Below are positions 1-9,622 of a stretch of 64,000 nucleotides of DNA, in pieces. Below the pieces are notes generated by a model. It was not told where the DNA came from, did no database searches, and worked only from the letters and a program-made list of their open reading frames with translations. Position numbers and translations under genes: made by a program. The DNA is from an uncultured Actinomycetes bacterium (lineage in GTDB: Bacteria; Actinomycetota; Thermoleophilia; RBG-16-64-13), in contig CAVZIK010000006.1 of NCBI GenBank assembly GCA_963775295.1, forward strand, positions 762,218-826,217, written 5' to 3'. Position 1 is the stretch's first letter. Every line of letters begins with the position of its first letter.

Positions 1-1484
1 CCGATGATGAGTCCGGTCGGACCTTCTTTGATGAACGTCTTTTCCTGCCACCCGTCTTCGCTCGGCACCAGCGTGGGGTACTTGATGTGACCTTCTGATA
101 TCAGCGAGCGAATTATGTAGGCCAGGAAGCCACCCTTCAGCCCCTGGATCTCGTAGATGATGATGATCCGATGAACAAACGACTCCGAGGTGTAGATGAG
201 GAACCGTTCGCTTGCCGAGGTGAGTAGGTAGGTGGCGGACTCCGGAAAGAACCTTCGCACCATGAGGGGCAGGTAGCTCTTGCCGGTACTCGACTCCCCC
301 TTCATGACCACCGGGACCGGCTTGGGAAACAGACGGCTGGTGAAGGCGAGGTACAGGAGCATGACCTCATCCTGCTCACCGGCCAGCCCCATCCCGGCAA
401 TAGTCTCGCCGAAATGCGCAAGGATGTCCGGCTCTGCCGCGAGTTCTCGGGAGAGACTTTCCGCAAGCGCCGCCTCCTCTTCGGCCGTCTTTTCCTCCAT
501 CTCCGCAACGACCTCGGCAGCCGCGAGCAGGGCCTCGACTCGTCCGATGAACCCGGCATGATCTTGCCGGTAGAGATGGGTGATGTCCTCGGCCAGATCT
601 CCCAGCGAGACCATGCGGAGTCGAGGTCGCACCGAACAGCCCATGAGCCGGTCCCGTAGCGTCTCGCCCGCCTTGCCTGCTGAAGCGACCACGTAGACGG
701 CTTCAAACGATTCGAGGTCCGACGCCCACTCATCCTTCCAGGCCGGCGAGGGTACGCCGAGCGCGGGAAAGCCTGCTGACCAGAGGGCGATGGCGTCGAG
801 TTCGTTATCGACGATGATCACGTACCCCCGATCGCGCATCTCATCCAAACGCCAGGGGCCGTAGAGGATGGGCTTGGAGTCCGATTTCCAGGAGTAGGAA
901 TTTGCCGCCGGAGATGTCCGGAAGCGAACCGCCTTAGCCTGCCCGGCGGCGTTGCGATAGGGGAAACGGACCACCTTGCGACTGGAGATGTGGATGGTGC
1001 CAACCCCAAACTCCTCCAAGGTGGCCATCGGCAGGCCGCTCATGGTTGCGAGCTGCTCCAGGCTGAAACCGGGCGATCCGTCCGTGGGCGTCTCCGCGGG
1101 TTTGGACACTGGCGCTCGTGATATGTGATCGGCGGGGTCTCCGTACTTGCTCTCAAGGATCGCGACCGCGGCGGTGTGGTCCACCCCGTCCATAAGCATG
1201 ACGAGGTCGATGACGTTACCGTGCTGGCCGCACCCGAGACACTTGAACGAGTTGTCCAGCGTGTTGGCACTGAACATAGAAAGCATGTCGTCGTGCCCCG
1301 GGAGGGGGCAGCGGAACAAGATCTGAGTCTGGCCGGGTGGCGTGGTGCCCGGGTTATGGCCGCGGTCCTTGAGAACGTCGAGTATCGAGACTTCGCTTAC
1401 CCATGCGCTGTGATCGGGGGAGGGGGACCCCCCTCCCTCCCCTCGGTTGGATTCGCCGCCGAAACCTGGTTGATGGCTCTGCAT
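1..1484 (-). CDS. DNA primase with CHC2 zinc finger, TOPRIM and C-terminal P-loop NTPase domain (phage/plasmid primase-helicase type); 3' end runs off the window
   Basis: Manual minus-strand translation from the ATG (complement of 1482-1484) reads one continuous frame: CPLPGHDDMLSMFSANTLDNSFKCLGCGQHGNVIDLVMLMDG (CHC2 Zn finger), GYVIIVDNELDAIALWSAGFPALGV (TOPRIM-like), VVMKGESSTGKSYL (Walker A). It is absent from the ORF track because it is open at the window edge. Confidence 0.7.
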   Translation of the reverse strand, partial: MQSHQPGFGGESNRGEGGGSPSPDHSAWVSEVSILDVLKDRGHNPGTTPPGQTQILFRCPLPGHDDMLSMFSANTLDNSFKCLGCGQHGNVIDLVMLMDGVDHTAAVAILESKYGDPADHISRAPVSKPAETPTDGSPGFSLEQLATMSGLPMATLEEFGVGTIHISSRKVVRFPYRNAAGQAKAVRFRTSPAANSYSWKSDSKPILYGPWRLDEMRDRGYVIIVDNELDAIALWSAGFPALGVPSPAWKDEWASDLESFEAVYVVASAGKAGETLRDRLMGCSVRPRLRMVSLGDLAEDITHLYRQDHAGFIGRVEALLAAAEVVAEMEEKTAEEEAALAESLSRELAAEPDILAHFGETIAGMGLAGEQDEVMLLYLAFTSRLFPKPVPVVMKGESSTGKSYLPLMVRRFFPESATYLLTSASERFLIYTSESFVHRIIIIYEIQGLKGGFLAYIIRSLISEGHIKYPTLVPSEDGWQEKTFIKEGPTGLII

Positions 1485-1541
1485 ACTTCTCGTTCCTTTC
1501 TTCGGTGAACCGGCATACCGGTCACGTAATGAGGTCGTGGA

Positions 1542-1874
1542 CTATTTGTTGTCTGTGCGAGCTTCCTCGCGTTCCTTCTCAACCCGGACTCTCTCCTTGC
1601 AGATCGCCTCGCAGGCCGACCTCAAGACCAGCTCCATATAGACAGAATCATCGAGGACAAGAACGTTTTTGGGCACCGGAATCCACTCCATGCCCATCCG
1701 ACGCCATTCGCCCAGGAGCCAGTACCTCTGACCTAGAAGCTGTATGGAGGAGAGTCTGACTGCTCGGTCTGCGGCTCCGAGGCACATCAGGTCACGATGG
1801 ATGAACTCAATGTTGTCGGAAAAGTAGGGACCTTCGTGTTCTTCCGCGAAATTGGGTGAACTACTGTTTATCAT
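1542..1874 (-). CDS. hypothetical protein (110 aa), upstream of primase in the same orientation
   Basis: ORF track; plausible composition; sits between the primase and the IS256 insertion. Confidence 0.4.
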   Translation of the reverse strand: MINSSSPNFAEEHEGPYFSDNIEFIHRDLMCLGAADRAVRLSSIQLLGQRYWLLGEWRRMGMEWIPVPKNVLVLDDSVYMELVLRSACEAICKERVRVEKEREEARTDNK

Positions 1875-1901
1875 TTCCCCTTTCGGGATTTGTGCTAGTT
1901 G

Positions 1902-3325
1902 GGTAGTGTCCCCGGACGTGGTGTAACAGGAAGCGGCTGATCATGCCGGTTTCTGCGAAAAGGAAAGCCATCGAGTGTTCTCGTAGGTATTGGTGACAAA
2001 GCCGTACCTATGAAGGAGGACACTACGATGGCCGATTCCATTGTCACCCCCGAAGAACTCCTCGGCAAGCTTCTTGCCGGCGGGGAAGTTGATCTGCTCC
2101 GTGAAGCTGCCCTTGCCATGCTTCGAGAGCTGATGGAGATCGACGTGCGGGGAAAGACCGGCGCCGCTCTTGGTGAACGCAGCCCCGATCGTCTGTGCTT
2201 GCGCAACGGATACCGGGAGCGGCGTCTTGATACCCGCGTGGGAACGCTCGAACTCCCCATCCCCAAGCTCCGAGAAGGCAGCTACTTCCCCAGCTTCCTT
2301 GAACCGCGCAGAAGAAGCGAGGAGGCGCTCTTTGCCGTCATTGCCGAGGCCTATGTGAAGGGCGTCTCCACCCGCAAGGTCGAAGAGCTTGCCCATGCTC
2401 TTGGCATCGATGGCATCTCGAAAAGCGAGGTCTCCCGCATCTGCGCCCGCCTGGACGCGCAGGTCGAAGCCTTTCGCGGCCGGCCGCTTGTTGGGCGCTA
2501 CCCGTATCTCTTCCTCGACGCCACCTACGAGAAGGTGAGAGACGAGACCGGCAGAGTGGTCTCCATGGCGCTCGTGGTGGCCTACGCGGTCTCCGAGACC
2601 GGCGAGAGGGAGGTACTCGGGCTTGAGGTGTGCAAGAGCGAGGATTACGCGTTCTGGAAGGGATTTCTCGCCGGTCTTGTCTCCCGGGGCCTTGCTGGAG
2701 TGCTTCTCGTTATCTCCGATGCGCACAAGGGTCTGAGAAAGGCTATCGATGAGGTCTTTCTGGGAGCGGGCTGGCAGAGATGCCGGGTGCACTTTCTGCG
2801 CAATCTGCTCTCCCTTGTGCCCAAGGACGGCCAGGGCATGGTCCTTGCCGCGGTGAGGCTCGTCTTCCAGCAACCCGATAAGGCCCGGGCCAGAGAGGAA
2901 CTGAGGGCTCTTGCCGGCCGCCTGCAGGAACGCCTGCCCCGGGTGACCGCGCTTCTTCTGGAGGCCGAGGAAGAGATCCTTGCCCACATGGACTTCCCCT
3001 CTGAACATTGGCGCCAGATCTCCTCCACCAATCCCCTGGAGCGCCTCAACAAAGAGATCAACCGGCGTACGCGGGTGGTCGGCCTCTTCCCGAATGAGGG
3101 AAGCCTCGTCCGACTGATCGGCGCTGTCCTTTGCGAACAGAACGACGAGTGGGCGGTCTGTCGCAAGTACATGAGCCGCCACTCCCTGGCTCGCATCTAC
3201 CAACAAACCACCCCGGAGATCGAAGGAGAGATCACCCACGCCGTTGCCATTCCCATCCACTGAAGGCTAAGCTTGAAGACCTACGAGAACACGATGGCTC
3301 TTACACCACATCGTGGGACGCTACC
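1902..3325 (+). mobile_element. IS256-family insertion sequence (1424 bp) with imperfect 25-bp terminal inverted repeats and a 9-bp target-site duplication
   Basis: IRL GGTAGTGTCCCCGGACGTGGTGTAA (1902-1926) versus the reverse complement of IRR GGTAGCGTCCCACGATGTGGTGTAA (3301-3325), 21/25 identical. Direct repeat TGCTAGTTG at 1893-1901 and 3326-3334. Confidence 0.85.
2028..3263 (+). CDS. IS256-family (Mutator-type) transposase
   Basis: 411-aa ORF with typical IS256 transposase sequence (…LPIPKLREGSYFPSFLEPRRRSE…WQRCRVHFLRN…). RBS GAAGGAGG lies 7 nt upstream of ATG 2028; the track ORF begins at 2010. Confidence 0.9.
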   Translation: MADSIVTPEELLGKLLAGGEVDLLREAALAMLRELMEIDVRGKTGAALGERSPDRLCLRNGYRERRLDTRVGTLELPIPKLREGSYFPSFLEPRRRSEEALFAVIAEAYVKGVSTRKVEELAHALGIDGISKSEVSRICARLDAQVEAFRGRPLVGRYPYLFLDATYEKVRDETGRVVSMALVVAYAVSETGEREVLGLEVCKSEDYAFWKGFLAGLVSRGLAGVLLVISDAHKGLRKAIDEVFLGAGWQRCRVHFLRNLLSLVPKDGQGMVLAAVRLVFQQPDKARAREELRALAGRLQERLPRVTALLLEAEEEILAHMDFPSEHWRQISSTNPLERLNKEINRRTRVVGLFPNEGSLVRLIGAVLCEQNDEWAVCRKYMSRHSLARIYQQTTPEIEGEITHAVAIPIH

Positions 3326-3327
3326 TG

Positions 3328-3540
3328 CTAGTTGGTTTGCTGCTCTATCCAAGCCAAGAGTTGATTCCTCGACACTCGGATTGCTCTGCCGATCCGCACA
3401 CAGGGAATGCCCCGTGGACTTCGCAGCGACTGGTACACAAACGAGCGGGAAAGCCCGGTCATCTGGCACACCTCGGAGACTCTGAACAGAATCGGACTCT
3501 CGGGGACATCGGTGGCCGGCGAGTGCGGCTTTGCATCCAT
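3328..3540 (-). CDS. AlpA/excisionase-like HTH DNA-binding protein (HTH_17 family)
   Basis: 70 aa: …ILFRVSEVCQMTGLSRSFVYQSL…IPCVRIGRAIRVSRNQLLAWIE matches the prophage AlpA/Xis helix-turn-helix. Its stop TAG (3328-3330) lies inside the IS256 target-site duplication. Confidence 0.7.
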   Translation of the reverse strand: MDAKPHSPATDVPESPILFRVSEVCQMTGLSRSFVYQSLRSPRGIPCVRIGRAIRVSRNQLLAWIEQQTN

Positions 3541-3674
3541 TGTTCACCCCCTTTCGTGATATTCTGGGCAACGACATAAGCTTGTCGGCGCCATTTGTGA
3601 GAACGCTTATTAAATATATTCCACCTCAGGCGAACGAACAACGGGCACTAAAGCGTTCGCAGAATGGAGAGGCA

Positions 3675-4739
3675 ATGACCGAGGCACTTCCTGCGATCCA
3701 GGGGAAATGGTGGAGAGCGGAAAGCTACGAACTGAGTGACGGATACATCCAGCCGGTTCCGGGTTCATCCATCCATGAATACGACCCCATGGAGACCTAC
3801 TGGCAGTCAACCCCGGAGAGATCTCCAAAGGGACAGAAAGTGAATGCTCCTTATATGGAGCTGTTTGACCTCAGCAACTCATGTCGGTGGGGACTGGGAC
3901 CGAGCGGCCACGTGCTCACGAAGGAGAGCGAGGAGTTGCTGCTGGGATGGGTGAACAAATACGGACTTCTCGGCATCCTGCCTCATCAAACCATCGAGAT
4001 ACTGGGTCAGTACACGACCAAGGATAAGAACAAGAAGTCGACTTCAACCCAGACGGAACTCTTTTGGCTCCGAGACACTGAAGATCCCGCTCGACCCAGT
4101 CCCGATGTTGGCCGGCTCGGCTACGGACAGCCCGACTCTCTTGAAGCCCTCGTCCTAGTCCAGGATCTACATACGGCAACCGTCAAGACCACTTCCTGGG
4201 AGTCGGTTGCCGCTCCCTACTTCATCCGGCCGCTAGAGCAACTCAATCACGCACTTCGGTACCCTTTTCCTGGCGAGCCCGGTTTCTGGGGTGTCTACCG
4301 TGAGCCAGTCGAATCGTTCCTTCAGGCCGCCGCTCTTCTCTATGCTGCTTTCAAGGAGCTAGGTGTGATGCAGCAACCTGAAGACCCGGACACCGATCTA
4401 CCGCTCGCTGAGCAAGGTATTCACGAGTGGAGCGGGCCAGCGTCCTTGAACCACTTTCTGTCGGCAGTCCGGCCTAGTCTTGTTCCCCCGAAGGATACCG
4501 GCAAGTATCAGGGATACTGGCGGTCAGCTTCGCTTCTCGGGACTCTTGCCTTCCAGATCTACTGGGACCTGACCTACGGCCGTAACTACAGGATTTGTGT
4601 GTGCCCGTACTGCTCCAAGGCTTTCTCATCACGTTCGCTTCGAGCCGAGTACTGTTCGAACTCCTGCCGACTGAAGGCGCATCGAGGCCGACAGAATGAA
4701 GGTGTGAAGGAGAAGAAGAAGAGGAAGGCCAAGGGCTGA
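3675..4739 (+). CDS. hypothetical protein with C-terminal Cys-rich zinc-ribbon (CVCPYC…CSNSC) and a basic tail
   Basis: ORF track (3531 frame); ATG 3675 is preceded by GGAGAGG; divergent from the xis-like gene across an AT-richer 135-bp region. Confidence 0.55.
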   Translation: MTEALPAIQGKWWRAESYELSDGYIQPVPGSSIHEYDPMETYWQSTPERSPKGQKVNAPYMELFDLSNSCRWGLGPSGHVLTKESEELLLGWVNKYGLLGILPHQTIEILGQYTTKDKNKKSTSTQTELFWLRDTEDPARPSPDVGRLGYGQPDSLEALVLVQDLHTATVKTTSWESVAAPYFIRPLEQLNHALRYPFPGEPGFWGVYREPVESFLQAAALLYAAFKELGVMQQPEDPDTDLPLAEQGIHEWSGPASLNHFLSAVRPSLVPPKDTGKYQGYWRSASLLGTLAFQIYWDLTYGRNYRICVCPYCSKAFSSRSLRAEYCSNSCRLKAHRGRQNEGVKEKKKRKAKG

Positions 4740-4797
4740 GGCGAGGCCGGTCCGGGGTGGCGGCAAATATCGATAGTAGATTTGAGTAATTACCCCA

Positions 4798-4872
4798 GGG
4801 GTCCCCTCCCCCCTCCCCGTCTCGGCAGTCAACTCTACGGCGCAACCCTAGGGGAAGGGGGGGAGGGGGGTC
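4798..4872 (+). terminator. GC-rich hairpin (G4TC4TC6TC4 … G4AAG7AG6TC) with a ~30-nt loop, probable transcription terminator after the 3675-4739 CDS
   Basis: Left arm 4798-4818 and right arm 4851-4872 are near-perfect reverse complements. Confidence 0.45.
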
Positions 4873-5136
4873 TTATGTCGCGCCCAACGACGGAATGCAG
4901 CTTTCCCGCGGCGAAGGAGAAAGGCATGACGCTACTCTCCCCAGACTAGACTCCGGCCAGTGAAAGCCTGACCTGCGCGGCAACGTTGAAACGTCCTGCT
5001 TCGCCCAAAGGCTGTTTTCGATTCTAAGGGTACTTGCTGTTTCAGGATTGACGCGGTTAGCAGGAGCTTTGGCTCTATCAAGTGACGTAACTCAAGGGTA
5101 CTTGACGTACATCCCTCGCGAGGTCCAGGCCCGCTG

Positions 5137-6192
5137 TTACTTCGCCAGCAAGGCCGTCAGTTCATCCCGGAGTTCCACAGGGGCCTGGGCCGGCTCGCTC
5201 TCGGATGGCAACTCGTTTGGAACACCGACCTCCTTCCACTTCCCCGTACTCTTGCGGAGCACCATGACGAATCTGCTCATCGCCGTCCCATCGACCTCGT
5301 TCGATGCTCGGCCGACCGCGATCGCCCAGTCATTAGACGGTCCATAGACATCGAGTCGATCGTTCTCCAGATATATGAAGCCCAGGCTCTTCCCCACGGC
5401 CTGGCTGACAGCAAATTGGAGAGCCCAGTCTTTGACCGAGGTGGTAGTTGTCGAGGAGGTAGCCGCTTGGACCCTCGCCGCGGTCTCCTTGGTCGCCGGC
5501 CTGGCCTCTTCTTGACTTACCGAGACCGACTGCTGGGTCTCGGGAGTCGCCCACGACGTGTCAGAGGGGCTTGACGAGGTCCCCGACTCCCGTTCATCCC
5601 TCTCGATCATTCTCATGCCGTAGTTCTTGGTCAGGGGCTCGCCCATAGCGGACTCGTAGGCATTCAGGCAAGACTGCGCGCTCTTTTCAGCGGCGTTCAT
5701 CGCGCTCTCGTTGACCGAGTTCATCAACTTTCCCCTGCCTTGCACGTACGCGATGGAGGAGCTGATCGAATTGGCAGCATAGCGTGCAAAGCTTTCCAGG
5801 GCTTCGTTGGCCTTCTTGTACTGCTTTGGGGGCTTGAGATCGTGCACTTCGTCCGCCAGCATCTCCAGGTAGGAGACTGAGTCGGGCTCAAACGGATTCT
5901 GCCCGGTGGAGTTGAGAGAGATGGTGTCCGCGAGATCATCCGCTTTCGCCTTGTACTCCGCAGGAGTCATCGACGAGTTGCTCGTGAGCAACGACAGAAC
6001 AACGATGAGAGCTATCCCCGCGATGAGCCCCAACGCGAGCAACGTCCATCCTCGCACCGTGCCCTTGCGTCGCTCGCCTTCCCCAGGTGTCTTGCCGGGT
6101 CCGGGTTGGCCGACAACATGGACGGGCGTCCCGCATAGCTCACAGTAGTTCTCGCGCCCCTGATTCTCCGTCCCACATCCACTGCACTTCAT
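5137..6192 (-). CDS. membrane-anchored protein with N-terminal zinc ribbon (CSGCG…CELCG) and one TM helix
   Basis: ORF track 5137-6234; preferred start MKCSGCG has an upstream GGGACCCGGGG SD-like run; hydrophobic stretch LLALGLIAGIALIVVLSLL. Confidence 0.5.
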   Translation of the reverse strand: MKCSGCGTENQGRENYCELCGTPVHVVGQPGPGKTPGEGERRKGTVRGWTLLALGLIAGIALIVVLSLLTSNSSMTPAEYKAKADDLADTISLNSTGQNPFEPDSVSYLEMLADEVHDLKPPKQYKKANEALESFARYAANSISSSIAYVQGRGKLMNSVNESAMNAAEKSAQSCLNAYESAMGEPLTKNYGMRMIERDERESGTSSSPSDTSWATPETQQSVSVSQEEARPATKETAARVQAATSSTTTTSVKDWALQFAVSQAVGKSLGFIYLENDRLDVYGPSNDWAIAVGRASNEVDGTAMSRFVMVLRKSTGKWKEVGVPNELPSESEPAQAPVELRDELTALLAK

Positions 6193-6288
6193 CCCCGGGT
6201 CCCTTTCGTGGTCGACGACTGGCAGGCGCTTCACTCTTGATAATTATCCTCTTTTGGGATGCTGTGACGGGGTCCTTATCGTCAGGGC

Positions 6289-6549
6289 ATGCAAAAGCTC
6301 TATTCACCCGGTGACCGGGACAAGCTGCTCTCCCTGCTTCGGCAGGCTAGGACCGAGGCCGGGCTGACTCAGGAGCAGGTGGCCAAGACCCTTGGTCGAC
6401 CGCAGAGCTTCATCGCAAAGTACGAACTGGGCGAGAGGCGCTTGGACGTCCTTGAGCTTCGCAGGGTCTGCGAGGCCCTCGGGATCACCCTCCCGGACTT
6501 CATCTCCCGACTGGAAGAGCAACTCAGTCGACCGGCCTCTTCGTCCTAG
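6289..6549 (+). CDS. XRE-family (Cro/C1-type) HTH transcriptional regulator
   Basis: LRQARTEAGLTQEQVAKTLGRPQSFIAKYELGERRLDVLEL is the canonical XRE HTH. Confidence 0.8.
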   Translation: MQKLYSPGDRDKLLSLLRQARTEAGLTQEQVAKTLGRPQSFIAKYELGERRLDVLELRRVCEALGITLPDFISRLEEQLSRPASSS

Positions 6550-6773
6550 ATCGCCAAAACGAAGTAGGCCGACGAAGGGCCCGGTTCTTGCGCTCCATTG
6601 CCTTTTTGGACCCTCTAGAGATGCATTCGGCCCACCCGCACTAGCAGGGTCCCGGCTGGTCACCGGCGCTAACGCCCCCACATTGCCTCCGCTGTTCCTG
6701 CGTCCAGTCAACTGCTCCGAAACGAGCGTTAATTCCCTTCCAGAAGTATTCATGCATGGAGGGAAGGCGGGGC

Positions 6774-7991
6774 ATGGCCGAGACCATCTACACGCGCCTG
6801 GAAGATAGGATCAGGAAGGCCCGCGACGACCTGGCGGGCAGGGGCAGTCTGTTCGGGGCAGACGAGCTAGACGCGGAGTACCGGACCTTCACAGCCCGGT
6901 TCGGTCCGCCCACCCTGGCAGCACTCTCCGATGCCGACCTACTCCAGGTAATGACACCGGGCGGCGACCACAGTCTCCCCGACTGGCTTGAGTCCGAGGG
7001 CAAAGAGCACCAGGCCTTCGGCTATCCGCGGATGTCACAACAGCACGGTCTCGGCCTGTGGTTCGATGAAGTCGAGCATTGCTGGTATCGCGTCGCCCGG
7101 GATTGGGAGTATCTCCGCGACGAAACCGGTCATAAGCGCGTCACTCAGTCGGAAGCCCTAGATGTTTCCCGGCGCTGGCGTGACCATCTGTCGAAAGCCG
7201 CGGAGCTGTTAGGGGCCCTTCCCGAGATCGCCGGAGACTCTGTCTATCTGAAGCTGCAGGACGAGCTTGAGGTTATCGCTCCGGCGGTAGTCCATGAACC
7301 CTGGGCTCACAAGTATCTGGCCATGTGTTTCCCCGATCGTCTGGATCAGTTCCATGATCCTCGGGAACAACGCTATCTCCTCCTCCGGTGTCTAGAGATG
7401 CCACCGCGGGCAGAGGACCCCCAACCCTTAGCCTACATCTGCGGCGGGAGGTTCTCTCGGATGGCCCGGGAGCTGCACATGCCCATGAACCATCTCTGTC
7501 TCTCGCTGCAGTTCCTCTTCGGTGGTCCCCATGCCTACTGGCTTCTGGAGACAAGCAAGCAGGAATGGCGCGAGTTCATAGGCCAAGGATTCATCGATCT
7601 GGGTTGGCCCCAGGTCGGCGAGCTTGAGGTGCGCACCGATGTCCCGAGCACTCTGTGGAAAGAGTCCTTGTGGTGCAAGCTGAGAGAGATCTACCCAGGC
7701 ACCGCTCTCGGTCAGCCCATGGCGGAGTTGTTCTGGATAGCACGGCAGGCTGCACCAAGAGACGTGATCCTTGCTCACCAGCAGGGACGCGTGCTTGGCC
7801 TTGCCGACATCACCGGCCCCTACCACTACGAACCCGATTCCGATCATCCCCACCAGCGGGCCTTGCGGGAGCTGCAGGTCGAGCTAGCGGGGATCAGTGT
7901 TCTTGGTCTTCCCCAGACTCCCATCCTTGACCTGCGCAAACATCCTCGGGTGATTCTCGCCGTCGAAGAGGCCTTGGCAGGCGCCCTATGA
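6774..7991 (+). CDS. hypothetical protein (405 aa), first gene of a 3-gene overlapping operon
   Basis: ORF track 6756; RBS GGAGGGAAGG lies before ATG 6774; no motif I can name. Confidence 0.55.
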   Translation: MAETIYTRLEDRIRKARDDLAGRGSLFGADELDAEYRTFTARFGPPTLAALSDADLLQVMTPGGDHSLPDWLESEGKEHQAFGYPRMSQQHGLGLWFDEVEHCWYRVARDWEYLRDETGHKRVTQSEALDVSRRWRDHLSKAAELLGALPEIAGDSVYLKLQDELEVIAPAVVHEPWAHKYLAMCFPDRLDQFHDPREQRYLLLRCLEMPPRAEDPQPLAYICGGRFSRMARELHMPMNHLCLSLQFLFGGPHAYWLLETSKQEWREFIGQGFIDLGWPQVGELEVRTDVPSTLWKESLWCKLREIYPGTALGQPMAELFWIARQAAPRDVILAHQQGRVLGLADITGPYHYEPDSDHPHQRALRELQVELAGISVLGLPQTPILDLRKHPRVILAVEEALAGAL

Positions 7992-8145
7992 GCAGTGACT
8001 CGCAAACTGGCCTCCTAGAGGGGCAAGAACAGACGGCGGTATTCACTCGGGCGCTTCGCCGCCTTCCTACTTCCGTCGCCTTTACGGGGCCTTCAAACAA
8101 CGATTTGACGGTTGAACAAATGGCGGACGCTGAAAGGTGGAATAC

Positions 8146-8703
8146 ATGAGCGCGTTCATCGTCGGCAAGGCTCATATCGATGCTCTGGTGATCGCCGCGG
8201 TCTATGAGGAACCGGGTGATTGTGGCCCACTCACTTGGTTTGCCCGGGAGCTAACCGACGATGAGAAGACCGGTGCCTATCACGCCGGTGAGCCCTGGGG
8301 ACCGGAGGCGCCGGAGATAGCTTGGGAGGTGACACGACAGGCCACCCTGGACCAGGCTGATCGTGTCGGGCAGATGCTCTTGCGAGAGAACCGGCTGAGC
8401 GTGAACCACCGCTACAACGAGAACGAGGTCGAAGACATCTACTTCTTCACTCCGATCAAGGGAACCGTTCGGATCAACCCGGTCATGATCCTAAAGGCCA
8501 TCGACTGCTACGAGTATCAAAGCTGTGAGCATCCCGGCTGGGACGAGAGCGAAGCCTATGCATTCTGCGAGGCACTTCGCCGGCGCATGATCCGTCGACT
8601 CCCGGGATATGACGAGGCGCCCTGGGAGGTCGGCCGCCCGGACGGAACTAGTTTCATCGCGTACATGAGGGTGACGAACGAGCCGGAGGATCAGGGATGC
8701 TGA
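8146..8703 (+). CDS. hypothetical protein (185 aa)
   Basis: RBS AAAGGTGG lies 5 nt before ATG 8146; the stop overlaps the next start (ATGCTGA). Confidence 0.5.
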   Translation: MSAFIVGKAHIDALVIAAVYEEPGDCGPLTWFARELTDDEKTGAYHAGEPWGPEAPEIAWEVTRQATLDQADRVGQMLLRENRLSVNHRYNENEVEDIYFFTPIKGTVRINPVMILKAIDCYEYQSCEHPGWDESEAYAFCEALRRRMIRRLPGYDEAPWEVGRPDGTSFIAYMRVTNEPEDQGC

Positions 8704-9038
8704 CCCCTCGGCAGATGGCTAGGACCCGCCGCACCCCCGACGGTCACCTGCTCTGGGAGGGTGGGCTTGCCAATGGATATCCGGCTGTCAAGGTCGAGGG
8801 GAAGACCGTCTATCTCAAGCGGATCATCTGGGGAGAGGTAAGCGGAGCCATCCCTGAGGGTGCGGTGGTCATCTCAACCTGCGGTGAGCGCGTCTGCATC
8901 GAGCCTTCCCACTTGGGCCTCAGCGCTCCCGGGCGACACGGAAGTACCAGAGACGCGCTCGGCAGGTTTGCGCAGCAAGCACGAACGCGTTCGGATCTGG
9001 TTGCTAGTGTTGCGCCTCAGTTCTCCTGCGGACCGTAA
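8697..9038 (+). CDS. HNH_3-like endonuclease-fold protein (the catalytic His appears replaced by Ser)
   Basis: GYPAVKVEGKTVYLKRIIWGEVSGAIPEGAVVISTCGERVCIEPSHL follows the phage HNH_3 pattern (GY…gk…HR…ip.g..vdH.C.n..C.NP.HL) but reads IS in place of DH. Confidence 0.5.
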   Translation: MLTPRQMARTRRTPDGHLLWEGGLANGYPAVKVEGKTVYLKRIIWGEVSGAIPEGAVVISTCGERVCIEPSHLGLSAPGRHGSTRDALGRFAQQARTRSDLVASVAPQFSCGP

Positions 9039-9508
9039 AGAGCTATCAGTTCCTTCAAAGTCTCGGGAAGGTACGTGTAAATCTCGTTTGCATCCGCGCA
9101 GAAGCCCGCTGCTGTGGCCTCACCCCAATAGAGCCTCGCCTCCTCGTAATATGGGAGGAAGAGTCGCCGACAGGTCTCCGTCCAGTTGCGAAAATCGCGG
9201 ACTCTCGGCCCGCTATAGTTCTCCTGTAGTCTTTCTCCTACATCGACGTAGCTCAACATTTCTATCAAGCCCCGAGGCCCGACGAATCTATCCAGCGACA
9301 GATCCTGGACGTCCGGGCTGAGTCGATATTCTTGACAATAAGCACTGCCTACTTGGCCTTTGGCCAGCGGGGAGAATGCGGGGCCGTGGCAGATCCGGAA
9401 GTCCCCGACCCTCCCGTCATCGTCGCGCAGCCACTCGACCCAACCTTCCTCGGGGCTTCGGATGATCTCCCCACAGGTGTCGCAGATCCACTCTTGGAGT
9501 GGCTTCAT
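9017..9508 (-). CDS. hypothetical protein with N-terminal CxxC…CH zinc-ribbon-like motif
   Basis: ORF track; WICDTCGE…FRICHGP. Confidence 0.45.
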   Translation of the reverse strand: MKPLQEWICDTCGEIIRSPEEGWVEWLRDDDGRVGDFRICHGPAFSPLAKGQVGSAYCQEYRLSPDVQDLSLDRFVGPRGLIEMLSYVDVGERLQENYSGPRVRDFRNWTETCRRLFLPYYEEARLYWGEATAAGFCADANEIYTYLPETLKELIALYGPQEN

Positions 9509-9622
9509 AAGGTCCTCCTGCTGCTCATAGGTGTAAGGGCCGAACTATGCGGATGTCGAGGGGCGTTCTGAACAATATCAGACCGGCAAAACGAGACCTG
9601 TGAAAAGTAGCTCTGGGTCGGA

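Noticed and set aside
1941-3260. 439-aa minus-strand ORF antisense to the IS256 transposase
   Set aside because: It mirrors the transposase frame in GC-rich DNA, and its translation is low-complexity and Gly/Ala/Arg-rich. The plus-strand transposase is unambiguous.
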